Shown here piece by piece: positions 1 to 13,799 of a stretch of DNA of 64,000 bases. The position numbers and the translations under genes were made by a program. The stretch covers positions 18,290,001 to 18,354,000 of the forward strand of contig OX597836.1 in NCBI GenBank assembly GCA_951406725.2, given 5' to 3'. Numbering within the stretch: the first letter of the stretch is position 1; each line of letters opens with the position of its first letter. The notes below the pieces were generated by a model. That model searched no databases. It was not told the origin of the DNA and worked only from the letters and a program-made list of their open reading frames with translations. This stretch comes from Octopus vulgaris. Lineage: Eukaryota.

Positions 1-188
1 TTCTTCTTCTTCTTATACTTCTTCTCCTCCTTCTTCTTTTTCTTCTTCTACTATTTCTTCTTCTTCTTCTTCTTCTTCTTCTTCTTCTTCTTCTTCTTTT
101 TCTTTTACTTCTACTTCTTCTACTTCTTCCTCCTCTTCTCCTCTTCCTCTTCTCCTCTTCCTCTCCTTTCGTTTTCTTTTTCTTCTTC
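1..188. repeat. (TTC)n/(CTC)n microsatellite
   Basis: Directly visible pyrimidine-rich triplet repeat. Confidence 0.95.
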
Positions 189-464
189 AGCAAACAAGTA
201 AACAACACCTCAAATTACAACGACTGGCGAATGAATAAGATTTAATGAACAACCCGTTCATATAAAATCGGGTGAGTATGGCCCATAATTACGAATAGAG
301 TGCTAAAGTTAATAATTAAGCGCCAACCATGCCGTCGTCCCTCTTAAGGGGCCAGAGTAAGTCTTCGAATCCCAACGTGTCTAGAAAGCCCCAAAGTGCT
401 AAATCCAATTGGAAATATAAACGACCAAACCTTTCTGAAATCCTATCTTTTTGTCAAGCATATA

Positions 465-682
465 CGAAAGTGTGCTGAAAAGTTCATGGCTCTAAGGATC
501 TCGCGAAAGGGCTGGCTGGAAGCCCAATCTTCCGTGTTCTTTTACAGGGCTTAGAAAAACTGAAGGACCGCTGCAATAAGTGTGAGAATCTGAGAGGGGA
601 ATATGTTGAATAGAATCATAATTAGATTACCTGATCCTCCTGTATTTTTTTATCCAAAGTCAGGAACTTTTCAGCACCTCAT
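465..682 (+). mobile_element. Mariner-derived MITE retaining the transposase C-terminus
   Basis: Inverted ends GTGCTGAAAAGTTC (472-485) and GAACTTTTCAGCAC (664-677), with TA at 463-464. An internal frame reads LQGLEKLKDRCNKCENLRGEYVE*, matching the mariner C-terminal pattern GIxKLxxRWxKCxxxxGxYVE. Confidence 0.8.
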
Positions 683-707
683 TCTACTACTATATAGTTC
701 CTGATAT

Positions 708-902
708 AACGTGAGCACACCGGGGAAAATGCTTAGCGATATTTCGTCTGTTTTTATGTTCTGAGTTCGAATTCCGCCGAGGTCGACTCTGCCTATCATC
801 ATTTCGAGGTCGATAAATTAAGTACCAGTTGCATACTGGGTCTATCTACACGACTGCCTCCCCGCTTCAAAAACTTCGGGCCTTGTGTCTAGAGTAGAAA
901 AG
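708..902 (+). mobile_element. SINE-B, older copy
   Basis: Matches other B copies (TTCTGAGTTCRAATTCCGCCGAGGTCGACT...GTCGATAAATTAAGTACCAG) and carries the older-type tail. Confidence 0.8.
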
Positions 903-914
903 TATATAGCCCCC

Positions 915-1010
915 CTGGCTATAGTTGAAAACACTTACCCAAAGTGCTGCACAGTGGGACCGAACCCAAGACAACAAGATTGAGAAGCAAGCTTCTAAGC
1001 TGCACAGCCA
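915..1010 (-). mobile_element. SINE-A 5' fragment, diverged
   Basis: Reverse complement resembles the head of the full copies at 24574 and 53508. Confidence 0.6.
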
Positions 1011-1184
1011 GACACAGTGAACTCAAAAGCCAATTAGATGGTTGGGAAATAAGCTATTTCTTTTCTTTCTTCAGCTGTTTCACTAATTGTTACCGACAAT
1101 TCACTGCTAGAGACCAATCTTATAGAGAGAGCTATACGTTATACTTGGTTGTCACAGCTGGATTGCTTTTGAATAGTTATTAAA

Positions 1185-1345
1185 GTTTAATTTTCTGGTT
1201 TTTCACTGATACAATTAACATCGCCACCGTCACTGCCACCACATCGCGCCAACACCGTCACGTCACATCACACCCTCACTATACACCGCGCCGACACCAG
1301 CAACTCTACTTATACAATATCTGTTTAAAAACCAGAAAATTAAAC
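1185..1345. repeat. 19-bp perfect inverted repeat with ~120-bp spacer
   Basis: GTTTAATTTTCTGGTTTTT (1185-1203) and AAAAACCAGAAAATTAAAC (1327-1345). Confidence 0.85.
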
Positions 1346-1869
1346 CAAACAAAAAAAAATAATACAAACGATAAATAAATTAGAAAATCAAATTAAAAAC
1401 TAATGGAATAAACTACTAAAAGACTAATAAAACACGTATTCTATTTCTATAGATATATGTATATTTTGTTTGTCTTATCTAACAGCAGCCATTTTTTCTT
1501 TTCATCTATCCCAGCATTCTCTTGGGTATTTTCGTCCATTTTCGTCTCCACTTGCTGTTGTCGGACGGCGATGGAAATACCCATCAGCAATATTCTTTTC
1601 AAAGATATTTTGCCAAGGTTTCACTTAATTTTCTGTCCATTCTGTAAAAGTTTAGCCAGAGTCTTTTCAAAAGAACCATTTTCATTGAAATGTCAAATCG
1701 GCTGCTATGTTTAACTACAGCCATTGATCTAACAGTAATATGATCTGGAAGTAAAAGCCGCTTCTACTGCCTCGTTGTCTTTTGTGTGCCAGCAGAACAC
1801 ACCGGTTGTAGATGTGCGTGTGACGCTGTTGGATACCAACCGTTTGGCTTACGGTATATGTATTCGTAT

Positions 1870-2686
1870 GAATATACACACATGCATAAATACATACACC
1901 ATACATACATACTTACTTACATACATACATACATACATCCATCCATCCATACATACATACATACATGTATACATACATACATATATGTATACAATATACA
2001 CACATGCATACATACACCATACATACATACATGCATACAATATATACATGCATACAATATACACATGCATACATACATACATACATACATACATACATAA
2101 ATACATACAATATACACACATGCATACATACACCATACATACATACATACATACGTACATGCATGCATACAATATACACACATGCATACATACATACATA
2201 CCTGCATACAATATACACACATCCATACATACACCATACGTAGATACTTACATACATACATGCATGCATACAATCTACACACATACACCATACACACATA
2301 CATACATACATATATACATATACCATACACACATACATACATACATGCATACATACATACATACAAACATACAGAATACTCAAACACATACGCAAATTAT
2401 ACGCAGACAGGCACACACACAGACACACACACACACAAATACATACATGCATACACACGCACATGCTCAAAGACACACACAAATATATATACATAGCCCC
2501 ACTCGCAGACACATACATACACTCATATACATACTCTGATACGCACAAATATGGGCCCAGAAACACCGATGTAGACATAACACTCATTCACGGACATGTA
2601 TACACTCACACGCACACAATTTTCTGTATAGATATGTGCGTGTATGTCAATTGTGTATTCATGCATATAAGCATATAAATACATTA

Positions 2687-2774
<88 letters not shown>

Positions 2775-2927
2775 GCATATATATACACATATACATATAT
2801 ATACATATACATATATATATGTATTTATATTTATATATGTTTATATAAATATAATTGTATATGTGTATACGTATACATATAGGATTATATATACATATAT
2901 ATATATATATATATGCATATATGTATG

Positions 2928-2958
<31 letters not shown>

Positions 2959-2975
2959 GCGTATATATATATGTG

Positions 2976-3062
<87 letters not shown>
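1870..3062. repeat. Compound (ATAC)n/(CA)n/(TA)n/(TG)n microsatellites
   Basis: Direct inspection. Confidence 0.95.
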
Positions 3063-3064
<2 letters not shown>

Positions 3065-3554
3065 AAGTGGTAAATAGACAGTTAAATCGTATTTATTTGT
3101 CAGTCTGTGTATACATGTACGTGTGAATGCTTGTATACATGAACGCGCGTCTGAAGTGCAAGCTCGTGTGAGTGTGAGTGAGTCTGTGTGACTGTGTGAG
3201 GAGAGGGTGGCAGTCGTTGTACCAGGGTTTGGTGTGCACCCGATATTTACATCAGTGCATGGAATCTTCCAGTTTATCTGGTTTACCGTTTCAACAAGTT
3301 ACCTAATCAAACGTCGAGTTTGCCTCCAAGTCATGGAATGCTTTAAGCAACACATCGCATCACATACATCCCGTATTAGTTTCATGTACTTACACATACA
3401 CCCGAGCACGAGTACATACACGCATACGCGTATATACGTGACGCACGAAGCTCTCAACGCTTATTCGTGTACGTGCACCCTATTTCATACATCTTCTACA
3501 CTACCCGCTTAAAGGCTGCTGTACACATTCGTAGTAACTTACACACACCCGTAT

Positions 3555-3586
3555 AAATACACACACACACACACAAACACACACGC

Positions 3587-3666
<80 letters not shown>

Positions 3667-3762
3667 GTAGATAGATAGATAGATATGGGTATGTATACGT
3701 ATAAGCGTGTGTGTGTATACATACACGCACATAAGCATATGCATATACAAACATATATATAC

Positions 3763-3796
<34 letters not shown>

Positions 3797-3951
3797 GTAT
3801 ATATATGTATGTATATATATATGTGTGTGTATATAGAGAGAGAGTTAGAGAGAGACATGTATATATATGCAGGCATATGTTTATATACACATATATATAT
3901 ATGTACATACATCATATACATATACATGCATACAAAACACAAACATATAAA

Positions 3952-4018
<67 letters not shown>

Positions 4019-4195
4019 TATATATACATACATCGATACAAACATGCACACATACATGTTTCATATATACATACGTACGTACGTACATCCATACATTCAT
4101 ACATACATATATACATTCATACATACATACATACCTACATACATACGTACATACATACATACATACATACATGCACACATACATATATACATACA
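3555..4195. repeat. Compound (TA)/(GA)/(GATA)/(ATAC) microsatellites
   Basis: Direct inspection. Confidence 0.95.
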
Positions 4196-4470
4196 ACGAC
4201 ACCATCATCAACAACATCCCATACTATGATCAACATCACAATAACATCCCACTCACCATGATAATCGCCACCGATATCACAGCTGACCATCCCCAACTAA
4301 ACAACACCACCATCTCCAGCAGCATCGCAAACACGTGGCAACTGATAGCAACGTCACCCCTCCAATATCGCAACCACGATGACCATCGCTTCTGCCATCA
4401 GATCCCGATCTCCATTATCAGAAGTACCGCCATAGTGACCACCACCAGCAACAATCAAAAACATAACAAC

Positions 4471-4701
4471 CTATTTCTTTACTGCCCACAAGGGGCTAAA
4501 CACAGAAGGGACAAACAAGGAGAGATAAACGGATTAAGTCGATTATATCGATCCCAGTGCGTAACTGGTACTTTATTTATCGACCCCGAAAGGATGAAAG
4601 GCAAAGTTGACCTCGGCGGAATTTGAACTCAGAGAGTAGCGGCAGACGAAATACTGCTAAGCATTTCGCCCGGCGTGCTAACGTTTCTGCCAGCAACCGC
4701 C
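4471..4701 (-). mobile_element. SINE-B, young copy
   Basis: Near-complete reverse complement of the copy at 48137-48370. Confidence 0.9.
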
Positions 4702-5144
4702 ATCATAGCCACCACCATCACATGGTAGTGATGGAGGTGGTGTAGGTGGTAATAATTCATCACCACCTTCACAACCAGCCGTCACCAACACCAGCGTCAC
4801 GACTGTCGTTGTGGCAGCCATCATCATTCACCACCAACACCATCACCACCACCATCGCCAACATAGCCACCACCGCCACAACCACCACCGCCACAACCAC
4901 CACCGCCACAACCACCACCGCCACAGCCACAAAAATTACCACAAAAGTAAAAAAAAAATTGCCTGGTACAAACCTCGCTAATAAGAACACCATTGATGAG
5001 AAATATCAAAAATTATGAAGACAACAACTATAAAACAAAAACAACACGAGCTACAGCGCCCTCTAACGCCCATAATTCCTATTATCCGTTCACACATCGC
5101 AATTAAATCGCAGTTTCTTTGTGTCAATAAATTCGTACATTACT

Positions 5145-5214
5145 GTAAGTGTGTGGGTGTGTGTATGTGTGTGTGTGTGTATCTGTGTGTGTCTGTGTGC
5201 GAGTGTGCGTGACC

Positions 5215-5262
<48 letters not shown>

Positions 5263-5275
5263 TTATATGTATATA

Positions 5276-5358
<83 letters not shown>

Positions 5359-5452
5359 ATATATATATACATATATATATATACATGTATATATATGGAT
5401 ATTATATATATATATAATTTACATATATATATAATATATATAATATATGTGC

Positions 5453-5486
<34 letters not shown>

Positions 5487-5488
5487 AT

Positions 5489-5524
<36 letters not shown>

Positions 5525-5618
5525 GTAGATATACATCTATAGACACATGCAGACATACACTCATACATACAGCAACATTTACATACTCTATACATACATA
5601 TATTTATATATGTGTGTA

Positions 5619-5667
<49 letters not shown>

Positions 5668-6007
5668 CATATACATATGCATATACATATATGTATGTAT
5701 GTATATATATTGGGGAATATATACTCAAGAGAAGCACCAGATGTAAGCGAGTGCAGAGGGATGTATATGTGTGTTGATATTTATTTAAGCGTAAATGTTT
5801 TTTCGTCTATGCTAACATATGTGCCTATCTCTCCCTCTCTCTCTTTCTCTCCCTCTTCCGATACACATTCATATGACGATATATGCATACATGCGCACAC
5901 ATACACTAACACACACACACACATATATATATAAATATATACACTGTATATATGTCTATACTCATATGTGTATGTGTGTATATATATCTATATATATATT
6001 TACTTAA

Positions 6008-6050
<43 letters not shown>

Positions 6051-6122
6051 TATACATTTACATCTTCTATATATGTATGCATATATGAATATATATGTCT
6101 ATACACACATATACATACTTAC

Positions 6123-6162
<40 letters not shown>

Positions 6163-6361
6163 TTGTGTATGTATATGTGTGTATATTCATATATGCATAC
6201 ACATATAGAAGATATAAATGTATATATGTATATTATATATATATACATATATATACATATATACATATATGAATATATATGTCTATACACACATATATAT
6301 ACTTACATAAATATATATATATATATATACTTACATACATATATATATATACATACATACA

Positions 6362-6405
<44 letters not shown>

Positions 6406-6456
6406 CATACATACATACATATATATATATGCATATATATATACATATATATATAT

Positions 6457-6520
<64 letters not shown>

Positions 6521-6560
6521 GCATACGCACACACACACACACTCACACTATATACATCAA
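5145..6560. repeat. (TA)n-dominated compound microsatellite block
   Basis: Direct inspection. Confidence 0.95.
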
Positions 6561-6619
6561 TGAACGATGTAATTTTTCAAAGGAAGTCAATGAGCTCGCT
6601 ATAATTACTTTCACAGACA

Positions 6620-7120
6620 CGATCACCGCCGTCACCACCACCATCATCATCATCATCATCATCATCCCTACCACCACCATCGTCATCATCATCACCACCA
6701 CCACCAGCACGAGACTTCTATCATAATCATTATCTATGGTAATTTATCAAATCCCCAACGCTGCATGACCACCAGCCTCATTACCACATCGCCACCCGCA
6801 CCACCCTCACCACTTTCAGCTTCATTACAATTATCAACATCAACGCGGTAATCACCATCGTGATTATCATCGCCATGATCATCATCATCATTATCTTCAC
6901 CATCATTATCATCACCATCAGCAGCAGCAGTAGTAGCAGTAGCAGCAACATAATTGCCGTCGTTGTCGTCATCATCATCATCATCATCATCTTCATTATC
7001 ATCATCATCGCCATCACCATTATCATGACCATCATAACCATCGTCGTCACCGACATTACCCTCATTATCATCGTCATCATAATCATCATTATCGCGTTCG
7101 TCAGCAGCAGAACCATCTTC
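6620..7120. repeat. Degenerate (CAT)/(CAC)/(CAG) triplet low-complexity tract
   Basis: Direct inspection. Confidence 0.85.
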
Positions 7121-8409
7121 TGAAAAAATCTTGCAGTTTGCGTGCACTTAGCAAATATTTTCTAATTAATGATAAAAATGATTAGATTTGTAGAAACGTT
7201 TATGTTTAAATGAGAGAATATTCCGTGTTTTTGTTATTGTTATTGTCTTTGTCTCTTTCCGATGCAGGGGGACCTTTATGTACTACTAGCTTCGCACAAA
7301 ATTTATCCTCTTTAACCTCTTGATGGAGTTACCTATAGTGGTGATATTCCTACCAGAGGGCAGATTGTTGGAATTTTACTAATTCCAACGATTATCCGGT
7401 AAATGAAAGAAATTTTCATGAATATATAATGTGTGTAGCCATACGGGAAATTTGGAATTCCAAACGTGTTCATAGATACTGCCTTGTGGTCTATTTAAGC
7501 TAAATTCTTTGAAAATTCACATTAAGTTCTTCATGAATTCATTCTATAGCACTACCATTCATATTACTCGAATTCACATGACTTGAAGTTACCAGGCCGT
7601 CGTCCCTGTACAGGCCTGAACTGATGGAACTTAATACCTCTTAGAGGTATCCTGTATATATATATAAAATAAAATCCAGTGGGACCTGCTACATTATCTC
7701 CATCATAACTCACCAAAGTAAACATCTAAAACCTAGATCGCTATTCTGAGTGAGCTGTTACCTGTTGCTTAGTAACTTCGGCATGGAAGGAAGGAAATTT
7801 ATGATATCAGCTTCGTGAGATTGCGGGCTGCTTTCACTTCGATAGCGTAGAATCAGTTAATAGCTGAGTTAAATATCTATTAGACAAATACGGTAGACTT
7901 TTTAATATCAGAATTGATGACATGAAGATGGGCTTATTATGTCTACGTTCCTTTTATACGTCTTAATCAGCTTGGGTTTCTGAATGAAAAATAAATTAGA
8001 TTTGTGGTCCTTAAGAGTAGTGTAGAGAGAACACATAAGGAAACGATACGCAAGGTCTTCTATAGGTAACATAGAAGCAAGTTCTTTCCCCTCAGTGCTT
8101 ATATAATGAAAATTTTTTCAGCTCATTCAGATCCTCACACAATACATCTAGCATGGATTGTGCAGTAGATGGCTGTTGCTTATAATATTATTATTTTTCT
8201 TTTACTATTCTCCCTGAAAATTTACCTCCTATGATAGAGCTGTCGAGATAACTATCCGTTGAACATACACCATATTCTATCAACAGACCCATCTTAAACA
8301 ATCAGTAGTGGCCTAACTACTGCTTGGGCAGCACAACAACAAAACAAACTAGAAAACAATGAAATATGAATGGGTGGTTATATTTCAGGTATGGCTACGA
8401 AGACCCAAA

Positions 8410-8427
8410 ATTACACGCACACGAACA

Positions 8428-8487
<60 letters not shown>

Positions 8488-8663
8488 TGTGTGTGTTTAT
8501 GCATGTGTGCATGTTTCTATGCATGCGAATATGTATGTACGTATATATTTAAGATTGTACATACACACACACATATCTCTGTAATTATAAAATATATATA
8601 TACAAATACATACGTGTATGTATACGTGTGTATGGGCATGTGCGTGTGTGTGTGTGAGTGTGT

Positions 8664-8709
<46 letters not shown>

Positions 8710-8874
8710 CTTTAACATTATTTACCAATATTTCAAGTTCGCGTACCTGGACCACAATGTATATGGAATCCACATATAGGCATCGTAAAGTGTCTTAGCA
8801 CACATATATGTACATATGTGTGCGTGGGCGTGTGTGTGCGTGTGCATGTGTGTGGGTATGCGCGCACAAGTTTT

Positions 8875-8914
<40 letters not shown>

Positions 8915-9430
8915 AAACTATATATATGTATATATATATAAAATAATTGTATGTGTGTGTAGAGATGTATTTGCCTACACACACGTCTGTGTGTGAGTGA
9001 TGTGTGCGGTTTGTGCGTTCCATTATACATATATACATTCAGAACTGCAAATTATTAGGAATGAATGTATATATATATATGTATGTTTGAACATAGCTGT
9101 ATGTGTATACATATATAACTGAATATAACTATATAATATGCATACATAATACACACACATATACATACTCACACATCCATGTATATAAGCACTTACATCT
9201 GTTGTACACATAACTACCGTGTATCATATTTTCGTTTATCATATTTCATGATCTCTATTCACACGCATATGTATACATTAAGAGCTACGTATACATACAC
9301 ATGGACGGGTGTATAAATGTATGTATATTATTCATATATGTATGCATATATACTCATATATAACTATGTATGTATATATATATGTGTGTGCGTGTACGCA
9401 TATATATGTACATGCATATGTATATACGTG

Positions 9431-9484
<54 letters not shown>

Positions 9485-9507
9485 TACATATGCATGTACA
9501 TATATAT

Positions 9508-9544
<37 letters not shown>

Positions 9545-9590
9545 TACATTACACATCCACTCACACACTCACACTCGCACACACATAGAA
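8410..9590. repeat. (CA)/(TG)/(TA) microsatellite block
   Basis: Direct inspection. Confidence 0.9.
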
Positions 9591-9625
9591 GGCCACTTAC
9601 GTACATCTATTCAAATCCATAATTG

Positions 9626-9681
9626 TGTGCCTGATGATATCTCTATTCAGTGATGTGCCTGATGATATCTCTATTCAGTGA
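9626..9681. repeat. 28-bp perfect tandem duplication
   Basis: TGTGCCTGATGATATCTCTATTCAGTGA occurs twice in tandem. Confidence 0.9.
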
Positions 9682-10099
9682 AAAGAGCTCAATTTCCCGC
9701 CTGACTTCATCCAATAGATGTCGCTTGTCACATGACCAGATCACACAGCTGCTGTCCTATCGCAACGCGCAGCCTCTTATATTAGTTTTTACCCAGCATT
9801 CCTTTATGTAATATTACGTAATAAACTTACCGCCATTAAATATTCTCTACAATTTCATGTCGCAATTTGAAGATTTTATTTTTACTTTTCTTTCCTAAAT
9901 GTTTCTCGTTTGTTCACTCTCGTTCCCTTTCATTTGGATTTCTATAAGTTTGTCGATGTATCTATCTACCAGCACATCTATCTGCCATAGTGAGAGTAGA
10001 GAGGCCTCTGTTTTAAAAAGATGGTGAATGAGCAAGAATAGCACGTATGAATGACGAATCTATTTCTCTTGTTATGTATATTGATTCATCTGTATCTAT

Positions 10100-10232
10100 C
10101 TTTCCACGGGTAAACCTCTCTCCCCTTTCACTTCATATTGACTTTTCCCCCTATTGATCAATTTTTTTTTTTTTTTTTTTTTCTTCCTCTCCCTTTTAAC
10201 CCCTTTTTTTGTCTCCTTTACATCCTTTTGAG
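10100..10232 (+). mobile_element. Fragment of the LINE-like 3' UTR family also at 58-62 kb
   Basis: TTTCCACGGGTAAACCTC...TTCATATTGAC...CCTATTGATCAATTTTT is the reverse complement of parts of 58800-58960. Confidence 0.7.
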
Positions 10233-10312
10233 AGACACAATTTGTTCTATATGTATGTGTGTATATATATATATATATCTCCCTATCTCTCTTTCTCCCC
10301 TAATTTCTTTAC

Positions 10313-10795
<483 letters not shown>

Positions 10796-10810
10796 AAACG
10801 TGTATTTTAT

Positions 10811-11093
10811 TGGCTAGCGTGTTTGACTCATGACCGTAAGGTCGTGAGTTCGATATACGGTGGTGCATTGTGTCCATGAGCAAGACGTCATTTCATGAAG
10901 CTCCAGTTCATTCAGCTGATAAGAATGGGTAGTACCTGTATTTCAAAGGGACAGCCTCGCCACATTTGGTGTATCACGTTGAATATCTGTGAGAACTACG
11001 TTATGAAGGGCACGGGTGTCTGTGGAATGCTCAGCCACTTGTATGTTAATTTCACGAGCAGGCTGATAAGATCAACTGGAACACTCGTCGTCA
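10811..11093 (+). mobile_element. SINE with a different tRNA-like/CORE-like head and the SINE-C tail
   Basis: Has a B-box-like GAGTTCGATA and TTGTGTCCATGAGCAAGAC, then GTACCTGTATTTCAAAGGG...GAGAACTACGTTA...CTCAGCCACTT shared with 26964 and 34230. Confidence 0.75.
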
Positions 11094-11157
11094 TACACAC
11101 GAACACACTTAAACACACACACACGCACAGGCACACATATATGTATTTATCTATCCA

Positions 11158-11198
<41 letters not shown>

Positions 11199-11309
11199 TG
11201 AGGGTGAATACTTGATAAATGTAAGCACCTGTATATGCCAGCTAGTGGCATAGGTGATAGGATATATGTATCAAATGAAATAAATGAAAAACAGGACGCA
11301 AAGGATTTT

Positions 11310-11401
11310 GCGGTACATATGTTTCGGGTTTATAGAATAACTTATTCTTGCATCAATGCATAATTGATATAATAGATAGATCAAAAACCTTCTTCAGCCG
11401 C
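11310..11401 (-). ncRNA. Type I hammerhead-ribozyme-like motif, probably in a Penelope-like terminal repeat remnant
   Basis: Minus strand reads GCGG-CUGAAGA-AGGUUU...AAACCC-GAAAC-AUAU-GUA-CCGC. Stem I is 4 bp, stem III is palindromic, and the base of stem II has an A-C mismatch. Confidence 0.65.
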
Positions 11402-11565
11402 GTACAATTGCTACACCAAAGACTTGTATCACATTATAAAAGGTTTGAGAAAAAACCGAGTTTCATTGGGAAAGTATGTTTGTAAATCTTCATAGGCGTA
11501 CATAGTATTATTAGACTCCAAAACAAATCGTCCATACCGTTTTTTCACTCGATATTTATCTATCC

Positions 11566-11643
<78 letters not shown>

Positions 11644-11651
11644 TTATATAA

Positions 11652-11697
<46 letters not shown>

Positions 11698-12418
11698 GTA
11701 TGTATGTTTGTATGCATAATCTTCATACATTCTACAGTCTTTATCTATCTGCAGATGTATCACTCCCTTTTCTTCTCTCTATCTCTTCCACTCACATGTA
11801 CTTTTTCCTGTGACCCATAATCTTTGAAGTTCAAACGTACAGTGTAAACCTTATTGTAATTAATATACAACTATAGCGTCGTTGTGAAAACTCAACATGG
11901 AGGCTGCGTATTCCTTGGGCACATATAAATAGGCATGATCTGTTGCCTTTCTGATCTTACTTAGTTACAATTCCTTACATTAATAATGGACACGGTGGTA
12001 GAAGTGGCATGAATTCCCTTTTGCTTGCAGTTAGCAGTCAATGGAAATTATTATATCAATGGAACAAATGATGACATGAGCTTGGGATCCCTTGTTGTCT
12101 GCTTTCACACATATATAATAATACACAATACACACACGCACATATATAACTATTCCTCTGCTGCCCTCTATTGTAAATGATATGGTAAATATTTGTATGT
12201 GCGTTATACTGTCTTTACATCAAATGAATATAAAGGAGAGGATTATTCTAACATAACACTCTCAGTTTGAAAGGGGTAAGACGTAGATAAATATATATTG
12301 AGATGCAGAAGCAAGCTTCTTAATAAATTATGTAAGCTTTCATGCGAAATATACTGTATTTTAATATACTGAAATTATAGTGAAATTAATTTGATTGATT
12401 CTTCATAGACAACGATTC

Positions 12419-12760
12419 TAGCTGGCAGAATCGCTAGCACCTCGGGCGACATGCTTAGTAGTATTTCGTCTGCTGCTACGTTCTGAGTTCAAATTCCGCC
12501 GAGGTCGACTTTGCCTTTCATCCTTTTGGGGTCGATTAAATAAGTACCAGTTACACAATGGGGTCGATATAATCGACTTAATCTATTTGTCTGTCCTTGT
12601 TTGTCCCTTCTGTGTTTAGCCCCTTGTTGTTAGTAAAGAAATATGTATTTCATCTGCCGTTACGCTCTGAGTTCAAATTCTGCCGAGGTCGACTTTGCCT
12701 TTCATCCTTAACGGCGGTGCATCAGCATGGCCGCAGCTCTGAGCTGAAACTAGAAAAAAA
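12419..12760 (+). mobile_element. SINE-B plus a partial second unit, ending in a SINE-A-type tail
   Basis: Full B copy to ~12642, a repeat of GTATTTC...TTTCATCCTT, then GGCGGTGCATCAGCATGGCCGCAG...CTGAAAC. Confidence 0.85.
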
Positions 12761-12835
12761 AAACATGTTAATTTCCTACCATATTTGTATACACTCATGT
12801 TCATATACGGAGATATATATCAATTGGATTATATA

Positions 12836-13092
12836 TGTCTTTATTGCCCACAAGGGGCTAAACATAGAGGGGACAAACAAGGACAGACAAAGGGATTAAA
12901 TCGATTACAACGATCCCAGTGCGAAACTGGTACTTTATTTATCGACCCCGAAAGGATGAAAGGCAAAGTCGACCTCGGTGGAATTTGAACTCAGAACGTA
13001 ACGACAGACGAAATACCTATTTCTTTACTACCCCACAAGGGGCTTAACACAGAGAGGACAAACAAGAACAGACAAACGGATTATGTCGATTA
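12836..13092 (-). mobile_element. SINE-B dimer remnant
   Basis: Two tail-bearing units joined at GAAATACCTATTTCTTTAC. Confidence 0.85.
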
Positions 13093-13103
13093 TATTATTA
13101 TTA

Positions 13104-13167
<64 letters not shown>

Positions 13168-13433
13168 CATCATCATCAGTAGCATCATTGTTACTATTAT
13201 TGTTATTCACTTTTAATCTGCTTGTTTGATGCAATCACTCGCCGGGTACTCGCAGCGTCCTGGGCAAGTGAAAGTTAGAGATGTTGAAATATAACTGAAG
13301 GCTTGGAGAAGGAAAGAAGTGAGAGCAGTAGAAAAATACCTCGATAATATTGTTGTTGTTCTTATTATTATTACTATTATTATTATCATTATTATTATTA
13401 TTATTACTGTTATTACTATTATTATTATTATTA

Positions 13434-13512
<79 letters not shown>

Positions 13513-13529
13513 CATTATTGCTATTATTA

Positions 13530-13566
<37 letters not shown>

Positions 13567-13658
13567 TACTATTATTATTATTATTACTACTACTACTACT
13601 ACAATTATTATTATTATTACTATTATTATTATTATTATTATCATCATCATCATGATCA

Positions 13659-13694
<36 letters not shown>

Positions 13695-13695
13695 G
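13092..13695. repeat. (ATT)n microsatellites
   Basis: Direct inspection. Confidence 0.95.
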
Positions 13696-13799
13696 CGCCA
13701 CACCTGGACGTGTATTTCGAAGCTCAGTGTGTGCCTTGTTTACCTGTAAAAAGGATTGTTATTGTTTTGTGACTAAGTTAATCTAGACTATGTTGGTTC

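Noticed and set aside
9626-9700. Hammerhead or C/D snoRNA suggested by CTGATGA...GAAA
   Set aside because: There is no stem II or stem I pairing, and it is explained by a 28-bp tandem duplication.
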